Origin: Patescibacteria group bacterium
GTDB taxonomy: Bacteria; Patescibacteriota; Microgenomatia; Daviesbacterales; UBA10151
Length of the DNA stretch: 64,000 nt
Assembly: GCA_943356485.1 (NCBI GenBank)
Contig: CALRFD010000002.1
Span: 37,032 to 101,031, forward strand
Direction of reading: 5' to 3'
This document shows, piece by piece, positions 60,802 through 64,000 of the stretch. The translations under genes were made by a program, and so were the position numbers. Every line of letters starts with the position of its first letter. Position 1 is the stretch's first letter. The notes below the pieces were generated by a model, which saw only the letters and a list, made by a program, of their open reading frames with translations, did not search any database and had not been told where the DNA came from.

Positions 60802-61428
60802 TTAAGATTGAGCCATTAACTCTAATGCTCTTTCTAAACTAATCACCTTAACACCACTATCTTTCATCTCTTCTAAAGCTCTATTTCCATCTCCAGGATT
60901 AATATCCACTGCTCTTACAGCTTCTTCTATTAAAAAAACCTGATAGCCAAGCTTAACTCCATCCATCGCCGTTTGTTTAACACAATAATCGGTTGCCAAA
61001 CCTCCAACAAATAATCTTTGTATACCTCTTGCTAAAAATACGTCATTTAGCGGAGTACCTAAATCTGCCTTGTCAGGACTAGAAGTGATGCTGCCATCAA
61101 ATCCCGAATAAGCATCTTTACCATCTACCCCTTTTGATACAATAAAAGTTGCTGGATCTATTTTAAGATCAGGATGGAACTTTGCACCTTCTGACTCCAT
61201 AATGCAATGTTCCGGCCAAACTCCTCCAAATCCAGCAAAGTGCACCGCTTGTATAGGATGCCAATCTCTTGTTGCAACTTTCAACACTCCGGTCAAATCT
61301 GCTGCTTTAAATAATTGATTTATTGGGTCAGCAACTAAGTTACCTTCCTTAACTGGCAACTTTCCACCGGGACAAAAATCATTTTGTACATCGACCGCTA
61401 TTACTGCTGATGGTTTTCTTTCAATCAT
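60802..61428 (-). CDS. pncA: Nicotinamidase (isochorismatase-fold cysteine hydrolase)
   Basis: AVIAVDVQNDFCPGG (Asp), Lys, and ATDYCVKQTA (Cys) form the catalytic triad pattern. Strong SD aaaggaggtgagg upstream. Confidence 0.85.
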   Translation of the reverse strand: MIERKPSAVIAVDVQNDFCPGGKLPVKEGNLVADPINQLFKAADLTGVLKVATRDWHPIQAVHFAGFGGVWPEHCIMESEGAKFHPDLKIDPATFIVSKGVDGKDAYSGFDGSITSSPDKADLGTPLNDVFLARGIQRLFVGGLATDYCVKQTAMDGVKLGYQVFLIEEAVRAVDINPGDGNRALEEMKDSGVKVISLERALELMAQS

Positions 61429-61459
61429 TTTTCCTCACCTCCTTTATGTATGAAATACA

Positions 61460-61520
61460 TAGTTTAGTGTATTTAATACACAAACTATAATATTAAACAT
61501 TAGTGTTGTCAATACACTAA
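61460..61520 (-). promoter_or_regulatory. Sigma70-like promoter of the pncA-pncB-nadE-nadM operon with two overlapping operator-like palindromes, candidate NrtR boxes
   Basis: Minus strand reads TTGACA (plus 61507-61512), N17, TATAGT (plus 61484-61489). TAGTGT-N5-ATACAC occurs twice, at 61465-61481 and at 61501-61517. The first is part of a 21-bp near-palindrome at 61464-61484 covering the -10/+1 region. The second overlaps the -35. Confidence 0.55.
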
Positions 61521-61562
61521 ATTAACTATTTCAAACAGGCAGGAATTTGGTAGCGGAAATCT

Positions 61563-62246
61563 TTAATCAAACAAAATAGTTTTCTTTGAAATAAACCTGT
61601 ATAGCATAGCTGGTCGGTGCGCACCTTGCAAATCTTTTTCGCCCACCGGTTGCAATAACTTTAAGCCCAACATTTTTTTTCTAAAATTCCGCTTATCCAA
61701 TTTTGCATTTAATATTATTTCATATGTTTTTTGCATATCACTTAATCTGAATTTTTCCGGCAGTAGACCTAAAACAATGTTGCTATATTCGATCTTACTT
61801 CTCAATCGATCCACTGCTTTTTTAATAATCATTTTATGATTAAAAGCTAACTCCGGTAACCTATTTACTGAAAAAAGGTTTAATTCCCGTACACTGGGAG
61901 ATTTAATGGGAGTTAATTTATAGTTATTTGAAAGTACGAAATAAGCAACGGTTACCACCCGGGACTTAGAATTTTTACTTAATTCACCAAAAGTGTAAAG
62001 CTGTTCCAAATATACTTTTTCTATTTCTACTCCGGTTTTTTCCTTTAAAGCCCTGCTGGCTGCATCCAGTAGAGATTCATTCATATTAACGAATACGCCC
62101 GGAAGCGCCCAGTAACCTTTAAAAGGATCCTTTCCTCTTTTAGTTAAAATAATCTTTAATTTATTATCCGAAATTGTAAAGATTAATACATCTACAGTAA
62201 CCTCGGGATGCTCAACGTTAGCTGAGTTAGTGTTATTTTTACGCAT
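61563..62246 (-). CDS. nrtR: Nudix-related transcriptional regulator of NAD metabolism (NrtR family)
   Basis: N-terminal Nudix-like domain with a degenerate Nudix box (ALKEKTGVE), plus a C-terminal wHTH. Sits immediately upstream of pncA-pncB-nadE-nadM. Confidence 0.7.
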   Translation of the reverse strand: MRKNNTNSANVEHPEVTVDVLIFTISDNKLKIILTKRGKDPFKGYWALPGVFVNMNESLLDAASRALKEKTGVEIEKVYLEQLYTFGELSKNSKSRVVTVAYFVLSNNYKLTPIKSPSVRELNLFSVNRLPELAFNHKMIIKKAVDRLRSKIEYSNIVLGLLPEKFRLSDMQKTYEIILNAKLDKRNFRKKMLGLKLLQPVGEKDLQGAHRPAMLYRFISKKTILFD

Positions 62247-62261
62247 ACAGATATTATACTA

Positions 62262-63962
62262 CTATTCCCAGGCAAGTGTTTTTCGGGAGAGTTTTTCAAT
62301 CTCTATTTTTGGCCTCTGTTTAAAATATTCCTTATCATTTAAATGATCCTTAAATACCTCTACTAAAAACTCACCTGTTAAGATATCCGGCAGGTAGACA
62401 AAGTCCGCCCCAAATTTATATAAGCTTTTTGCCTCCTTGATTGTATCTGCCCTAACTATTATCGGAGCGCTAATCTTTAAATTCTTTAAATCTTCTATTA
62501 ATAACTTATTATCATGCAGATCAGGAACTGTTGAGATAACCGATCTGACTTTTTGAAAATTCAATAGTTGCAGTACTTCCGGGTCTGACATATCGCCAAA
62601 AATTACCGGTATTTTTTCCTGCGTTAACCTTTCAACCTGATATGGATTAAAATCTAAAACAACAAAAGGAATTTTCTCTTTTTGCAAAAAACGTATTATA
62701 TGCTCCCCTACCTGATGCGCCCCAATTAATACAACGTGATCTGACAATTCAGTTTTATCATCTAAGACAACTATCTTTTTTTGCCTTTCAAAAAATGCAA
62801 TTACGAAGGATAGTTTTTTGTAAATTTTATTAGACCTTGAGATGACCAAGGATGAGCCGACTATTGAAAGCAGTGATGATAGCGCGATAACTGTTAGCGC
62901 ACTTTGTGAAATAATTCCAATCTTAAGTCCGACCAATAAAATAATTAAGGAAAATTCTGATACCTGGGACAAATTAATAGCCGTATGAAACATCGTATGT
63001 TTCTTAAAGCCAAAAATGCCAAAAATTAGTAAAAAGATTAAAGGCTTAATCAAAACAGCATATAAAACAAAAACTATTATTACCGGGTATACTACCACCA
63101 GGTCAGAAAAGTTAACCCGGGTTCCCAGGTAGACAAAAAACAGGGTGGTAAAAAAATCTCTCAGCGGCTTAACTTTTCCCTGAATCTGAAAATGATATGG
63201 TGAAGAAGCCAGCGCAACTCCGGCTAAAAATGCACCGATTAAAATTGAAAACCCCATCACCTGGGCTAGAGTTATAAAAGCAAAACACCAGGCTAAAGCA
63301 GTTAGAAACAGTAGTTCACCAGAATCAGACACAGACTTAAAAATCTTAGGCAATATGAAATTTGAAAAAAATAAAGTCAGACTAAATAAGATAAAGACTT
63401 TAAATATAAAAACCGACAGTGGTAGTGCTTGGGCTAAGCTAAACCCGCTAAAAACAGTAACTGAGGTCATCGCTAGAAGAATTAAAACAGCTAAAAGATC
63501 TTCCAGCAAAAGAATTCCCAAAGACAACTTACCATATAAAGAAGTAAGATCTTTTTTATCTAAGAGAAGCTTCACCACAACTATCGTGGAAGAAAAAGAA
63601 AGTCCAATACCTAGATAAATTGCCTCAGTTAATTTAAAGCCAAAACTTTGGGCAATAAACGTGCCAAAAACAGAAGTAATAATTACCTGCAGGATCCCGG
63701 CAATTAGTATCTGTCTACCGAAATTTTTAATCTCCCGAAGATCCAACTCCATTCCAACCAGAAATAAAACAAAGGCAATTCCAATATCAGGTAAAAAAGA
63801 AAGCACCAGGGATTTTGATAGATCGAAACTTAATATAGCTGAAAGAATTAAACCTGTTAACAAATAAGCTATCAGAAGAGGCAGCTTTAGCTTATAAGTA
63901 ACAAAGCCTAAAGCGCAGGATAGGCTTAATATTACTGCAAGTTGTATGAAGATATTATTCAT
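62262..63962 (-). CDS. CPA2-family monovalent cation:proton antiporter with a C-terminal RCK/TrkA-N domain (KefB/KefC-like)
   Basis: Twelve to thirteen TM helices followed by the NAD-fold VVLIGAHQVGEHIIRFLQKEKIPFVVLDFNP. Confidence 0.75.
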   Translation of the reverse strand: MNNIFIQLAVILSLSCALGFVTYKLKLPLLIAYLLTGLILSAILSFDLSKSLVLSFLPDIGIAFVLFLVGMELDLREIKNFGRQILIAGILQVIITSVFGTFIAQSFGFKLTEAIYLGIGLSFSSTIVVVKLLLDKKDLTSLYGKLSLGILLLEDLLAVLILLAMTSVTVFSGFSLAQALPLSVFIFKVFILFSLTLFFSNFILPKIFKSVSDSGELLFLTALAWCFAFITLAQVMGFSILIGAFLAGVALASSPYHFQIQGKVKPLRDFFTTLFFVYLGTRVNFSDLVVVYPVIIVFVLYAVLIKPLIFLLIFGIFGFKKHTMFHTAINLSQVSEFSLIILLVGLKIGIISQSALTVIALSSLLSIVGSSLVISRSNKIYKKLSFVIAFFERQKKIVVLDDKTELSDHVVLIGAHQVGEHIIRFLQKEKIPFVVLDFNPYQVERLTQEKIPVIFGDMSDPEVLQLLNFQKVRSVISTVPDLHDNKLLIEDLKNLKISAPIIVRADTIKEAKSLYKFGADFVYLPDILTGEFLVEVFKDHLNDKEYFKQRPKIEIEKLSRKTLAWE

Positions 63963-64000
63963 AATTTAAGCGTAAAGCGTTAAGGGGCAGGAGGGGTAAA

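Overview
This is an AT-rich (about 37% GC) bacterial chromosomal segment with tightly packed, often overlapping genes. The gene content suggests a monoderm or CPR/Patescibacteria-like organism: the type IV pilus locus has no secretin gene, the NMN adenylyltransferase is archaeal-type, the holB (delta-prime) gene is short, and several Cys-rich surface proteins are present. This placement is an inference from gene content only. The main blocks, with approximate window coordinates, are:
- 1-195: 3' end of RNase III (rnc).
- 250-5057: a three-gene plus-strand cluster of unknown function. The first two genes share a nearly identical 565-bp 5' module (a recent tandem duplication or gene conversion) and carry OmpR-like winged-helix-like segments.
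- 5082-6519: rpsP, an overlapping KH-domain protein gene, and trmD.
- 6528-21104: a compact 17-gene minus-strand type IV pilus locus, pilB-pilT-pilC-pilin-pilD-pilin-five pseudopilins-pilX-two minor pilins-large PilX-like protein-pilM-pilN-pilO. Two of its pilins have Ala instead of Gly at the predicted cleavage site.
- 21152-23894: holB and gyrB.
- 23902-31822: a peptidoglycan precursor cluster, murC, murI, murD, alr, an alpha/beta hydrolase, murF and ddl.
- 32638-35241: gyrA, carrying a roughly 45-aa insertion.
- 35253-39984: an amidase_2 enzyme flanked by small membrane proteins, plus nfo, a DUF360 holin-like protein, a secreted protein, and a XerC/D-type tyrosine recombinase.
- 39988-48046: a locus of five secreted proteins with cohesin-like and dockerin-like modules. 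The first gene begins with a (7-nt)x4 simple-sequence repeat at its start codon, and the last three are large paralogous Cys-rich proteins.
- 48134-49074: a roughly 940-bp non-coding region.
- 49075-54860: yebC, a TPR protein, an LCP-family protein, a small Met/Pro-rich protein and tgt.
- 54949-54968: a second copy of a GC-rich 20-bp palindrome that is also seen at 32598-32617.
- 55005-56943: three hypothetical genes.
- 56952-62246: an NAD salvage regulon, nrtR-pncA-pncB-nadE-nadM. The promoter upstream of pncA is clear, with operator-like palindromes overlapping the -35 and -10/+1 elements.
- 62262-63962: a CPA2/Kef-type antiporter gene.
I found no rRNA, tRNA or CRISPR.
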